A stretch of DNA of 64,000 nucleotides from Mobula hypostoma (taxonomy: Eukaryota), in contig NC_086108.1 in NCBI RefSeq assembly GCF_963921235.1, forward strand, positions 94,180,001 to 94,244,000, written 5' to 3'. The notes below the pieces were generated by a model. The model searched no databases and was not told the DNA's origin. It worked only from the letters and a program-made list of their open reading frames with translations. Shown here piece after piece: positions 1 to 12,650 of the stretch. Both the position numbers and the translations under genes were made by a program. The number at the start of each line of letters is the position of its first letter. Position 1 is the first letter of the stretch.

Positions 1-378
1 TTGTATGCAAAGAGGTGACTTGATAGAGGTGTACAAGATGATAAGAGGCATAGAGCAAGTGGATAGCCAGATACTTTTTTCCAGGGTGGAAATGGCTAAT
101 ATGAGAAGGCGTTATTTCAAGGTGACTGGAGTAAAGAGAAGAGGGATATCAGAGAGAGTTTTTTTTTAATATACAGAGAGTGATAAGTACATGAAACATG
201 CTGCCAGGGTTGGTAGTGGATGCAGATACATACGGGAGATTTAAGAGACTCTTAGATAGGTGCATGGATGAATTAAAAATGGAGGGTTATGTCGGAGGGA
301 ATGGTTAGATTGATCAAGAGTAGGTTAGAAGGTCAGCACAGCATGATGGGCCAAAGGGCCTGTACTGTTCTATGTTCT
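1..378 (+). mobile_element. CR1/HER1-like LINE 3' end, decayed
   Basis: RGDLIEVYK-like coding remnant and gggccaaagggcctgtactg...ttctatgttcta tail. Confidence 0.75.
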
Positions 379-1630
379 ACATTACCTGTTGCACAGGTCA
401 TTCCATTTGGAAAATTAAATGGAAGGAAACATTGTAAGCAGTGCAGTCTAGTGGGAACAACCAGATACTGCACCCCATGTTGTAAGTTCCTGTTAATTAA
501 CTTTGGAATTAAATTGTCATATGTACGGAGGTTCCGAGGAAGGCTCGTCTTACATACTGTTCATACGGATTAGATCATTACACAGTGCATTAAGGTAGAA
601 CGAGGTAAAACTATCACAATGTAGAATAAAATTAACAGCTACAAAGGAAGTACAATGCAGGTAAACAATAAGGTACAAGGTCATAACAAGATAGATTGCG
701 AGGTCGAGTCCAATTTATTGTGGTGGGGAATTATTTAATAGATATATAACAGTGGGATAGAAGTTGTTTTTGAACCTGCTGGTACGTACTTTCAGGCTTT
801 CATATCTTCTGCCCGATGGAAGAAGGGAGAAGAAAGAATGTCAGGGATGGGTGGGGATTTTTGATTACGATGGCTGCTTTAATGAAACAGGAAGAAGTGT
901 AGACAGAGTCCACAGAGGGGAAGCTGGTTTCCAAGATGGGTCAGTCACATTTAAACAAACAGACTTGCAAGAAAAATCGCACACAGCGTCTCCTTGTAGA
1001 ATGAGCACCATTCAGTCTGGACAGTCCCTATTTTATCTTGAGAATAATTTTATCACTCTGGACAGAGGGATACTGCCCACGGTTGAGATTAATCCAGCAA
1101 TAAGTGCTCTGTACTTTGGTGATGAATGTTAGGTCATAGACTTTGAAGGAATGAATTAAACTTGGTACAAGCACCAACTCCTTTTACAGAGTAAAATTCC
1201 TTTGTAATACTCAGATAAAAGACTTATCTAAAATCCAATTCCTATTTACAGTCAAGTCCTGTGTACGCGGATCAAATTGTTGACACAGGTTGGCACACTG
1301 AGCCTGTCAAATGACAAGAATCAGTCTGAGTATATGGACAGAACAAAGGTCTCCATCTGAGGCACGCAGGGGGCCTGACCTATGGGTGAACAGCCTTCTC
1401 TGATCCACCACTGAGGGACCTCAAGAGTCCGACCTCTGTCAGGTGGGTGCTCGGTAATGCAATGTGCAGTTCGCACCCCAGCACACAAAGGCAACCTTCA
1501 CAGCCAGGTTGTTCAAACACATTGTCTCCCACTACCGTTTACTCACTCTCCCCACCACTCTCTCCCCCTTCTCTGCTCTGCTTACTCACTGAAGCCTTCT
1601 CTCCTGCAACTCCCTCTCCTCAGCTGGAAC

Positions 1631-2230
1631 CACTGGCCCCTCTAAACTGCACGGGTGCGCGGCCGGGCAGTATCTGAAATGCTCCCACACACGTTGCCTT
1701 GTTGCTGCAGAGCTGCAGCTTTTATATAATGTTAATATAATTTTGAAATCTATATTAATATAATTTTAAAATATCCTGTAATTAGGTTTAATGAATAGAA
1801 TACATAAATTTTCTAACTAATAAATGTAAGTACCGCAACCTTTACTTTAAAACATTTTAGAGCTTCAACGTATTTACATTATCAGTGCTTCAAGTTACAA
1901 CACTGTTACAAATTGTAACAATAAACACAGAATGGAAGTCAGTAGCTCATTGTTAATAAACCGCTGACCTGCTAAATGCCAATGATAAGTTTAAAAGTTT
2001 ATGCAACATGGAAGATTTTCTTTGTTGAACTGTATTTCATTATACTCTTCAATTAATAAATAAAATCAAAAGTGTGATTTTTCAATTTTCCTTCTGAATA
2101 TTCATAGTATGCATATTACAAAAATAAACATTTGCAGCGCTGCGCAGTTTTCAGGCCATGTAAAAAAAATTCCTGTTCAGAACAATGGTTGGTCCATGCA
2201 GCTGTAAAAACAATTAGAGGAATCGTTAGC
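1631..2230. mobile_element. Decayed hAT-like non-autonomous element
   Basis: Degenerate termini ..CCCTCTAA.. / ..TTAGAGGAA.., AT-rich interior. Confidence 0.35.
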
Positions 2231-2439
2231 TGGAACATGTTGTTGTGCCTGTAAATTCATTATTGTGTAGCATTGAAAATCTAATTAGACATAATTACTG
2301 TTTTGCCACTGCAGTTAATGATCTAGCACTGGGCTGTGTTATTACTGTCCGCTTTGAGAACATATTCCCCAGGAGGGCGCTGTGATCGCATGTCAAGCAT
2401 GTATTTTCTGTCAGAGAGGAAGATTAGCTGAATTTCTCA

Positions 2440-3792
2440 CATAAGACCATAAGATCTAGAAGCAGAATTAGGCCTTTTGACCCGTCGCATCTACTCCACC
2501 ATTTCATCATGGCTGATCCATTTTTCCTCTCAGCCCCAATATCCTGCCTTCTCCCCATATCCCTTCATGCCCTGACCAAACAAGAATTTATCAGCCTCTG
2601 CCTTAAATATATGTAAAGACTTGGCCTCCACAGCTGCCCGTGACAATGAATTCCACCAATTCAACGCTCCTGGCCAAAGAAATTCCTCCTCGTCTCTGTT
2701 CTAAAAGGACACCCCTCTATTCTGAGGCTGTGTCCTCTGGTCTTAGACTCTCCCACCATAGGAAACAGCCTCTCCACACCCACTCCATCTAGGCCTTTCA
2801 TCATTCGATAGGTTTCAATGAGGTCATTCCTCATTCTTCTGAATTCCAGTGAATATGGGGCCAGAGCTATCAAATGCTCTTCATATGACAAGTGCTTTAA
2901 TCCTGAAATCATTTTCCTGGACCTCCTTTGAACTGTCTTCAGTTTCGGCACGTCCTTTCTAAGATAAGGGGCCCAAAACTGCTCACATACTCCAAGTGAG
3001 GCCTCATCAGTGCTTTACAAAGTCTTAATATTACATCTAGTCCTCTTGGAATGAATGCTAACATTGCATTTACCTTCCTCATCACAGACTCAACCTGCAA
3101 ATTAACCTTTAGAGAATCTTGCACAGGGACTCCCAAATCCCTTGGTGCCTCAGATTTTTGTATTTTCTCTCCATTTAGAAAACAGTCAACCCTTTCATTT
3201 CTTCTACCAAAGTGCATGACCATACACTTCCCGACACTGTATTCCATCTGCCACTTCTTTGCTCATTCTCCTAATCTGTCTAGATCCTTCTGTAGCCTCT
3301 CTACTTCCTCAAAACTACTTGCTCTCCACCTATCTTCATCTCGTCCACAAACTTTGGAACAAAACTATCAATTTCATCATCCAAATCATTGACATATAAT
3401 GTAAAAAGAATCGGTCCCAACACAGACCCCTATAGGATACCACTAGTCACCGGCAGTCAACCAGAAAAGTCTCCCTTTATTCCCACTCTTTGCCTCCTGT
3501 CGCTGTTTTATCCATGCCAGAATCTTTCCTGTAATACCATAGGCTCATAGCTTGTTAAGCAGCCTCATCTTGTCAAAGGCCTTCTGAAAATCCAAGTACA
3601 CAACATCAACCGCTTCTCCTTTGTCTATTGCTTGTTAATTCTTCAAAGAATTCCCACGGATTTGTCAGGCAAGATTTTCCCTTGAGGAAACCATGCTGAC
3701 TACAGCCTATTTTATCATGTGCTTCCAAGTACCCTGAAACCACATCCTTCACAATCGACTCAAGCATCTTCCCAACCACTGAGGTCAGACTA
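2440..3792 (-). mobile_element. CR1-like LINE ORF2 (RT) fragment
   Basis: Minus ORFs with QHGFLKGKSCLTN, RPHLEY and TRGHSLRIEG motifs; (cataagac) tail at ~2440. Confidence 0.85.
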
Positions 3793-4294
3793 ACATGTAT
3801 GTCGAAACATACAGTTGTTTGTGTCAGTGACCAACGCAGTCTGAGGATGTGCTGGGGGCAGCCTGTAAAAGTCACCATCCTTCAGGTGCCAACATTGCGT
3901 GCACACAACTCACTAACTCTAACCCGTAAGTCTTTGGAATGTGGGAGAAAATGGAAGCATCTAGAGGAAACACATGCAGTCACGGGGTGAACATACCAAC
4001 TCCTTAAAGACAACAGTGGGAATTGAACCCTTGTCACTGGTGCTGTAAAGCATTATGTTATCTGCTGTGTCACAGTGCCACCCGTTTCTGTATCTCCAAA
4101 GAGCCCTCAATGGCCTGGGCATGTTTTAAATCGGTTTGCAGCATGTGACAAGAGTTCTGAACCGCAATAATGAGGGGCAAGTTTACGGCCAATTTATGCA
4201 CAGCATGCGCTCTCAATCAGATGTTGATTGAACACATTCCATGTTTAAGTCCCTGCTCTGTAAGGTGGTGCCAGGCAATTACTTCCATCCACCC

Positions 4295-4322
<28 letters not shown>
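4295..4322. repeat. (GA)14 microsatellite
   Basis: Direct reading. Confidence 0.95.
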
Positions 4323-4325
<3 letters not shown>

Positions 4326-5209
4326 CCCTTGACCTGACATCTAGCAGCGTAGCCTCACCTCAGGCCTGAGCTCAGACGTCAGCTGCACTCTTGAACTTTG
4401 TGTATCTGGTGCGGGCTTAAATTCGCAACTGGACTCGAGAACAAGAGTGCTACTGATTCACAGCTGGCAACACAAGGTGAAGTGAAACACCATCCAAAGC
4501 CATGTTCCCCCCAGGCCTCTCCAGCAGCAGGCTGGCAGACAGCCTCTTGCATCAGGCCTGGTTCCAGGACATGGTTCACACTCTTGGGCAGGGCAGAAAT
4601 GAGGACAGGGAGCTGGAAAGCTTCCGAGTCCCAATTTCTGAGACTTCCACAGCAACACTGACTAATGAGAAGTAACAGCTTAAAGTTCTCCTCTCCCTCC
4701 TCTCCCTGTACGTTCTTCCTGTGTGTGCATGTGTTTCTTTGGGGTATTCAGCTTTCATCCCACAGTCGAAAAGCGTACTGGTTAGCAGGTTAACTGGTTG
4801 CTGTGAACTGCCCTGTGACTAAGCTAGGGTTAAATGGGAGAGTTACTGGGTGGTGCAGCTTGTTGGGCTGGAAGAGCCTGTTTCATGCTGTGTCTCTAAA
4901 TACAAACAAATAAATAAAGAGACAAAACAAACTAAGGAATGAACATCCAGCCCCTCAGCTCATCTCCAGCACTGAGAAGGATTAAGACTGATGTAACTAT
5001 AAGTTACTCAATGTTCTGTCTACCTCTGGCTTACCCAAAGTGTCTAAGGATTTTGCGTCCACCATTCTTTGAGAAGGTGAGTTCCAAAGACTCACACCTC
5101 TCACCCTTGAGCTCCTTCTATCCCCCTCTCCACGTGCTCTCTCTGCCTCTCCGCTCCTTGCCTTAATATCAGTTTAATAAGCTGGTGGATTCCATTCTAC
5201 ACAAATAAA

Positions 5210-5296
5210 TGAGTCACTTGAGAAATGGGGATGTTTGTAACTAGCTGGTGAGATAAATATGCTGTCTGACTCAGTGGATGACAAGTCACTGAGTCA
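5210..5296. promoter_or_regulatory. Cluster of three perfect AP-1 sites plus a GATA site; candidate enhancer
   Basis: TGAGTCA 5210-5216, TGACTCA 5267-5273, TGAGTCA 5290-5296, AGATAA 5251-5256 in non-repetitive sequence. Confidence 0.4.
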
Positions 5297-5515
5297 CTAG
5301 AGGGCTGAAAAGTATTTGTGACAGAGGCCCCGTGTGTTGGAGCGCTGGGCCGTGCCCCCCTCCCTAGCTGTGTACTGACAGTTGCACTGTCCCTGTGTTA
5401 TGGGTCAAGGGCAACAAGGATGTGTGTTACCAAGCGATGAACTACACCCTTACATGCCTCTGCAAAACATCACTGCTGTTTTATAAGCTGACGCTGTTGT
5501 CAATGGTGAAATATA

Positions 5516-6071
5516 CATTCAGTGGCCATTTTAATAGATACTCCCTCCTCTACCTAATAAAGTGGCCACTGAGTGTATACTCATGGTCTTCTGCCTATTC
5601 ACTTCAAAGTTCAACATGTGGTGCGTTCAAAGATGTTCTTCTGCACACCACTGTTGTAACGTCTGGTTATTTGAGTTACTGTCACCTTCCTATCAGCTTG
5701 AACCAGTCTGGCTATTCTCCTCTGACTTCTCTCATTAACAAGGCATTTTCACCAACAGAACTGCCACTCACTGGATGTTTTTTTTTTGTTTCTCTGTGAT
5801 CCCTAGAAACTGGTATGTTTGAAAATCCCAGGGGATCAGCAATTTCTGAGATACTCAAACCACCCTGTCTGGCACCGACAATCATTCCACAGTCAAAGTC
5901 ACTTAGATCACATTTCTTTCCCATTCTGATGTTTGGTCTGAACAACAGCTGAACCTCTTGACCATGTCTGCATGCTTTTATGCATGGAGTTGCTGCCACA
6001 TGATTGGCTGATTAGATATTTGTGTTAACGAGCAGGTGTATGGGTGTACCTGATAGAGTGGCCACTGAGAG
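5516..6071 (-). mobile_element. Tc1-like non-autonomous DNA transposon with transposase N-terminal remnant
   Basis: TA-flanked TIRs CAYTCAGTGGCCA..; minus ORF MGKKCDLSDFDCGMIVGARQGGLSISEIA (Tc1 HTH); extra internal TIR ending at 5575. Confidence 0.8.
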
Positions 6072-7766
6072 TAAGCCAGTAGAATATAGAGTGGAACAAT
6101 ATTGCTGCTCAAAATGAAGCCAAGGTCATCCATGCTCCACTTACGGGATCATAATTTCTAAGAGCTCTAGCGGACAGATAACGGGAAGTTCTGAATGTTC
6201 AGGAGGTTGGAGTATGCAAGTATGGAAGCTTTATGGAAGATGTCCTGGATGCTGGGGATGCTGGTATCCATGATGGAGCTGACTGAGTTTGAATTTATTT
6301 AAAACTTACATCCATCCCACAACGTGAGGGAGTAAATATCTTTGCATTATGACTCCGTCACAAAGCACAGACATGAGAATTTAGAAGTCTAATGACTTGT
6401 AGAAAGAAGTTCTCCTGTAGCCTGTTGGTCCTGGCTTCAATGCTGTGGTACCGTTTGCCAGACGGAAACAGCTGAAACAGTTTCAGCAAGGTAAGTTCAA
6501 GTTTAAAGTTCAAAGAAAATTTATTTTCAATGTACGTAGGTCACCATATACTACCTTGAGATCATTTTCCTGTAAATGCCTGTAGGAAAATTAAAGAAAT
6601 ACAATAGAATCAAAGGAAAAACTACACACAAAGGAAAAATGACAAATAACTAATGTGCAAAAGAAGACAAACTGTGTAAAGAATAATAAATACAAATTAA
6701 TAACGAGACCATACCAAGGGGATTGCGAACAGTTTTAACTCATCATTTTAAAGGAAGACATCACTTCAATGGGGGTGATCAGAAGGTTGACTGGAATTAC
6801 ATCCCATTGTAAGGGGATTGTTCTGTGGGGAAATTGAGACTGTACCCATTGGAGCTTGAAAGAATGAGAGGTAATCTTATTGAAATATACAAAATGCTGG
6901 AGGAGCTCTGAGGTCAGGCACCATCTATGGAGGGGAATTAACAGTCAACATGCTGGGCTGAGACCCTTCATTAGGACTGGAAAGGAAGGGGACAGAAACA
7001 GGAATAAGAAGGTGGATTGTTAGGGGCTAGACAGGGTAACTGCAGAGAAATTACCTCACTTCTCACCTGAGAGAGTCCTGAACCAGAGGCTGTGGTCTCA
7101 GAATAAGGAGCAGCTGCTTTAGACAGCGGGGAGGAAGAACTGTGGGGCCAGGGTTAAAAAATCACCAAAAATGGACAATATGCTTCATCTGTGCCTTAGT
7201 GTGAGTCTTTAATTGTGAGCATCATTGAGTGGAGATCAACACCCAACTGACTTCCCCCACAACCTCATTGACCTAATGAAGACCTTTGATTGAGAGTGGC
7301 ATGATGGCTTCTGGCTAATTGAGAGGGAAAATAAATCAGCTATGGTGGAATGGCAAAGCAACATGATGGGTTGAATGGCCTTATTCTGCTCCTATGTCTG
7401 ATGGTCTTAATAGATGTCTGTAATCGGTGAAGTGGTTTCAAAAGGAAGACCTGTTCTCAAGCCAACAGGAGAATTCTGTGTTTCACTGACATTATTTTCT
7501 CTGCAAGGGGATGTTGTAATGTGATCAAAGTCACCAGAGAGTCAGAACCAGTATATATGAAGTAGTCTTTTATTCCATAAAACGAGACACTCTCTGAAGG
7601 CAGAGGCCTGTTCGACCCAATATTCCATGACATTTTATATGCTAAAAATAAAAGGTTAATTCTATATTTACAATGTATCTACAATGCTTCCTTTGAATTG
7701 CATCTAAATTTCACACCTCCTTCGCACCCACACTCCAGACATCCAAAATGAATGTTAATCCCCATT

Positions 7767-7862
7767 CCTGACGAAGGGTCTCGGCCTGAAACGTCGACTG
7801 CGCCTCTTCCTATAGATGCTGCTTGGCCTGCTGCGTTCACCAGCAACTTTGATGTATGTTGC
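7767..7862 (+). mobile_element. 96-bp Penelope-like terminus insertion starting at a hammerhead core, 13-bp TSD
   Basis: GTTAATCCCCATT at 7754-7766 and 7863-7875; CTGACGA 7768-7774, GAAA 7788-7791. Confidence 0.8.
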
Positions 7863-8879
7863 GTTAATCCCCATTGTCTGGTTTTTCAATTAACTGCTGT
7901 TCAGAGCTCTAGAAACCTATTGTCCAGAGCTGCATTTAAAATTTACTCTACAGTCCACATTCGGGTCTAAAAGATTCGTTGCTGAAGTTAATATTTTGCT
8001 ATAACCCTTAAGTCGAGAATATGCCCTATCAGAGGAGTGTTCCTTCATTAACCCTTTATCAAACATCTTGGTATTAACCTATAGGATTGAGTGATAATAA
8101 TCAATCGCAGATTCAACCTTGAGTTAATTTCATTGAGAGGACCTCAACTGTGACTTGTACCCTTGAATTGAAAATTGAAAATTTATTTGAAATTCTCATT
8201 TCATCTCATTGCTTAAGATGCTGTCCTGTGACTTCATGGTTTGTTCCAACAGAAGTTCTTCCATTAACTTGACTCATTTCCCCCAATTGTTCACCAGCCA
8301 TTTCACTCTGACTTGAAAGAGGGGAAGAGATGCATTTCTACCTCGTGATCGGGCACCTTATTGTCTACCTGCATGGCACTTCCTCTGTAGCTGTTATTCC
8401 ATATTGTTGTTTATTTTACTTAGAGATGCAGCACGGTAACGAGCCCGCACCACCCAATTACACCCATGTGACTAATTAACCCACTAACCCACACATCTCC
8501 AGACTGTGGGGGGGGGAAAAACCACAGTCACAGGGCGAACGTGCAAAATCCTACAGACGGTGGCGGGATTTGAACCCTGGTCACTGGCACTGTAAAAGCA
8601 TTATGCTAATCGCTACACTACTGCGCCACCTCGGACCGTTTGACCTCGTTCTACCTCAGTGCACTGTGTTTTAATCCAATCTGTATGAACAGGGTGTAAG
8701 AAAAAACTTTTCACTTTATCCTGAAATTTGTTAACCTAGCAGCAGCAGTTCAATGCAATACATAATACAGAAGAAAAAGAAGTATAAATAAATAAATCAA
8801 TTACAGTATATATTGAATAGATTAAAATGGTGCAAAAACAAATAATATATTAAAAAGTATCTCAGTATATGTGACAATT

Positions 8880-9262
8880 ATAAGATATAGGAGGAGAATT
8901 AGGCCATTTGGCCCATTGAGTCTGTTCAGTCATCTCATCATGGCTGATCCATTTTCCCTCTCAGTCCCAATCACCTGCCTTCTCCCCATATCCCTTCATA
9001 CCCTGACTAATCAAGAACCTATCAACCTCTGCCTTAAATATACCCAGCTGCCTGTAGAAACAAATTCCACAGATTCATCACCCTCTGACTAAAGGAATTC
9101 CTCTTCATCTCCATTCTGATGGACGCCCCTCCATTCTGAGGCAGCGCCCTCTGGTCTTAGACTCTCCTACCACACTCATCCATCCTCTCCACATCCACTC
9201 TATCAAGGCCTTTCACCATTCGATAGGTTTCAATTAGGTCACCCCTCATTGTTCTGAGTAAT
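8880..9262 (-). mobile_element. CR1-like LINE 3' fragment
   Basis: MRGDLIETYRMVKGLDRVD motif and shared 3' UTR. Confidence 0.75.
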
Positions 9263-11529
9263 AAACCAAATCCAATTCCAATTCCCTGAAGGAAGCTGCT
9301 ATTAGTAGCAAAGTAATTTTGGAAGTGTATTATAGTCTGAAACACCACAATCAATGTGCATACACCATCTTCACACTAGGGTTGACAGTACACTGGTTCT
9401 GCAGTGGAATACTGCACCCTGAAGGATCTTGGAATTAGCCATGACCTTGTGCTGGATGGTTTGAACCTTCCCTACTCTTTATAGATTGGTTTTTAGTATT
9501 GCAGTGATATGGAAAAGATCTGGCACCTTGCCACTGCCCCGAGCCACAAAGAACATTCCTGAGACATTTCTTAAATCAGAAATTTTCTTTCAACCAGAAC
9601 TGTTCTTATTTTCCTCTATTACTGGTGAATTGCTTACTAGCACGTAATTCCTTAAAGTTATTTAACCCCCTTCCCTCGTGGTCAGACAGCTTTGTCTCGT
9701 CTGGAGCCATGCTGATGCTTGGAACAGATTTTTCCTCAAACTCCCTGAGGTGTGCTGGCATTTTTGTTGGATAACAGTGTGGATAACTTCACTCAACTCA
9801 ACACTGAACTGATTCCATAACCTATGGACTCATTTTCAAGGACTCTACAACTCATGTTCTCAGTATTATTTATTTATTTAGTTATTTATTACTATTATTG
9901 TATCCACGCAGTTTGTCATCTTTTGCACTTTGGTGTTAGTTTTTCATTGACTCAACATCAAATCAAATCAAGTTTAATTACCATTCAAACCATACATAGA
10001 TACAGCTGAACGAGACAGTGTTGTATTTCTTTGTTCTACTGTGAATGCCTACAAGAAATAAATCTCAGGGGAGTATATGGTGACAAATGTGCACTTGGAT
10101 AATAAATTTAATTTCAACTTTGAACTTTGAAATTCAGTCAGCCTGCTTTCTGAAATTTCATTGGATCCGAGAAGCGATTCATTAGAAAGAGAGCACTGAC
10201 AGGTCAACATACATAACCAGTTGCAGATTTTAATATTCCAGCTGGATAAAGTCTTGCTCTTGCCCTGTTGGATTCCTTGAGTTCAAGAAACTGATTTTAT
10301 GATAAGACACAAGAGTAGTGTTAATGGAGTCCATATCCCAGAGGAATTCTCCCTCCATTAGTAGCAGATAGTACTTCTGGTGAATTAAATTGGGATCTTG
10401 TAGTTTCCTCCTAATCGCTAATGAGCAGTTTGGATGGATGGACACACCAGTGATACTATTTCACATAAGCCATCTGCCATTTCACATTTAAATGCAATTT
10501 CCCTGCTCATGGCCAAAGGTCACATCTGATGACCTGCTTAATGGTGAAGTGCACTTGTATGCAGGCACTCACCGATGTCTTCACACATTAAATATGTGTA
10601 ATGCGGTGCATTATTTCCAATAGTTAGTCTCTCTCTATCATGTCCATAAGACCCATGTGACATAGGCCATTCGGCCCATTGAATCTGCTCTGTCATTCCA
10701 TCATGGCTGATTTATTTTCCCTCTCAATCCCATTCTCCTGCCTTCTCCCCGTAACCTTTGACATCCTGACTAATTAAGTTGCATTGATATCCAATTATCA
10801 ACCTGCGGCTATGTGTTATTGAGCAGATTGCTCAGTGATGGACTCAATATATTGACTCAATCATCAGCTCTGCTCCCAATATAATGATCCGTAGCTATTT
10901 TACGAGATACTTTACTCGGGTTATTTTCCTCAATGAGAAAGGAGTTGCCGCTCGTCTGATAGCAATGAGGCAACTGCAAATGGTGTGTTTCAGCAGAGTA
11001 ACAGAGTGCCTGGGTGGGACCCCATGTAAAACTTCCTGGCACACCAGCCATGCATGGAATCAACTGGTGATCTGGGTGTGTAGCCGTTCCCAATTTAGTT
11101 ATCACAGTTTATGTTACAGCATCCATTGTAGTGCACTGAACAAGGGATGTAATTAGCCTAAATTCAGACATTTCTGAACTCTGATGTTTGTCTGATCCAT
11201 GTTCGAAGGTCCCTTTGAAATACTGATAAAGACAATAATTATGGTTTGTTTAGGAATAGTGACTTCTAGTCTGGTATGGAGAGAAAACAAATTATGTTAC
11301 CAATATATTAGCTCGAAAAATGTCAACAGCAACAGTAAAGTGGCCTGGTAAATAGAACTATAAATGTGAGTTTCTCTATTCTAGCATGGCAGCCAGTGAA
11401 TTTAAATTCAAGTAGTCAAAATCAGAATCGGATTTAATATCACCGGCATATGCCGTGAAACTTGTTAACTTTACTGCAGCAGTACAAAGTAATTAAGTAA
11501 ATCTGGAATTAAATTCCGACCAGGTTGTC

Positions 11530-12650
11530 GTCACACACACACACACACACAACATGCTGGAGGAACTCAACAGGTCACGCAGCATGTGTGGAGAGAAATA
11601 AACACTCAACATTTTGGGCCAAGACCCTTCATCAAGACTGGAAACCAAAAAGGTCCGAAGTCAGAATAAAAGGGTGTGCCTCTGATGGGCAACAGATGAG
11701 TCCAGCTGAGAGGGGGAAGGTAGGAATGTGGGGTGGGGGTGTGGTGGAAAGGGAATCGTGTGAGAAGCTGGAGGGTGATTGGTGGAAGAGGCAGAGGGCT
11801 GAAGAAGAAGGAATCTCAGGGGGGATGGTGGAATAAAGTAGGCATGCTCTGTTCTGGGCATGCTATGTTGGTGAGCTGTCCCCACTATCCTCGCTGATTT
11901 GATGCAAACATTGCATTTCATTGTATGTTTCAATGTACATGTGACAGATACAGCTAATCTTTTTTTAATAAAAGGGCGGGAAGGTGTGGGTGATGGGCAG
12001 CTCATGGCGGTATAGGATATTGTGTTTTGTTACTCCAAATCAAAAAAACTAATTGAAAGCAAAAACACGGAGCTGAAAATCATGTCTTAGTTTTATTTTT
12101 AGTGGGACACGCGTGTATGATGTGGTAGCATGATGATGTGTGCCATTCACATACTTTTACATATAATCCATAATGAATTATTTAAACAATGCTTAATCAA
12201 ACAATATATTTACAGTATCACTCATATATTACTGAAATATTAAATGCACAACATAGGAGAGGAGAAGGAGGAAAGGGGCCAGAGGAATAAGGGAAAGACT
12301 GAGGAGGAGATGAGGGAAGTGGTTACAGAAATCAAGGTTGATGCTGTCAGTTTGGAGACTACCAGGACAGAATATAAGATGTTGCTCCTGCGTCAGAACC
12401 TGGCTTCAACGTGGCAGCAAGGAGACCGTGGGCAGACACATCACTGGGGGAGTAGGAAGTGGAACCAAAAGTACAGCAAAACCCTGCAGATGTTGGATAG
12501 CTAAAGTAAAAACAGAAAGTGCTTGAAATACACAACAGGTCAGGATGCATCAGTGGGAAGAGAAACAGAGGCAACATTTCAGGTCGAAGGCCCTTTATCA
12601 GAACTGGGAAGGAGAGAAGAAAGGGACAGTGGGAGAGGAAGGATATATTG
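11530..12650 (-). mobile_element. Decayed Penelope-like fragments interrupted by a SINE and a solo LTR
   Basis: Same terminus (acacaacatgctggaggaactc...) and purine-rich body as 61745-62640. Confidence 0.6.
12018..12253. mobile_element. Short solo LTR, 5-bp TSD
   Basis: TAGGA at 12013-12017 and 12254-12258; ends TATTGTG...CACAACA (decayed TG..CA inverted termini). Confidence 0.65.

Noticed and set aside
10517..10535. AGGTCA-n7-TGACCT as an estrogen response element
   Set aside because: The spacer is 7 nt, not the 3 nt of an ERE.
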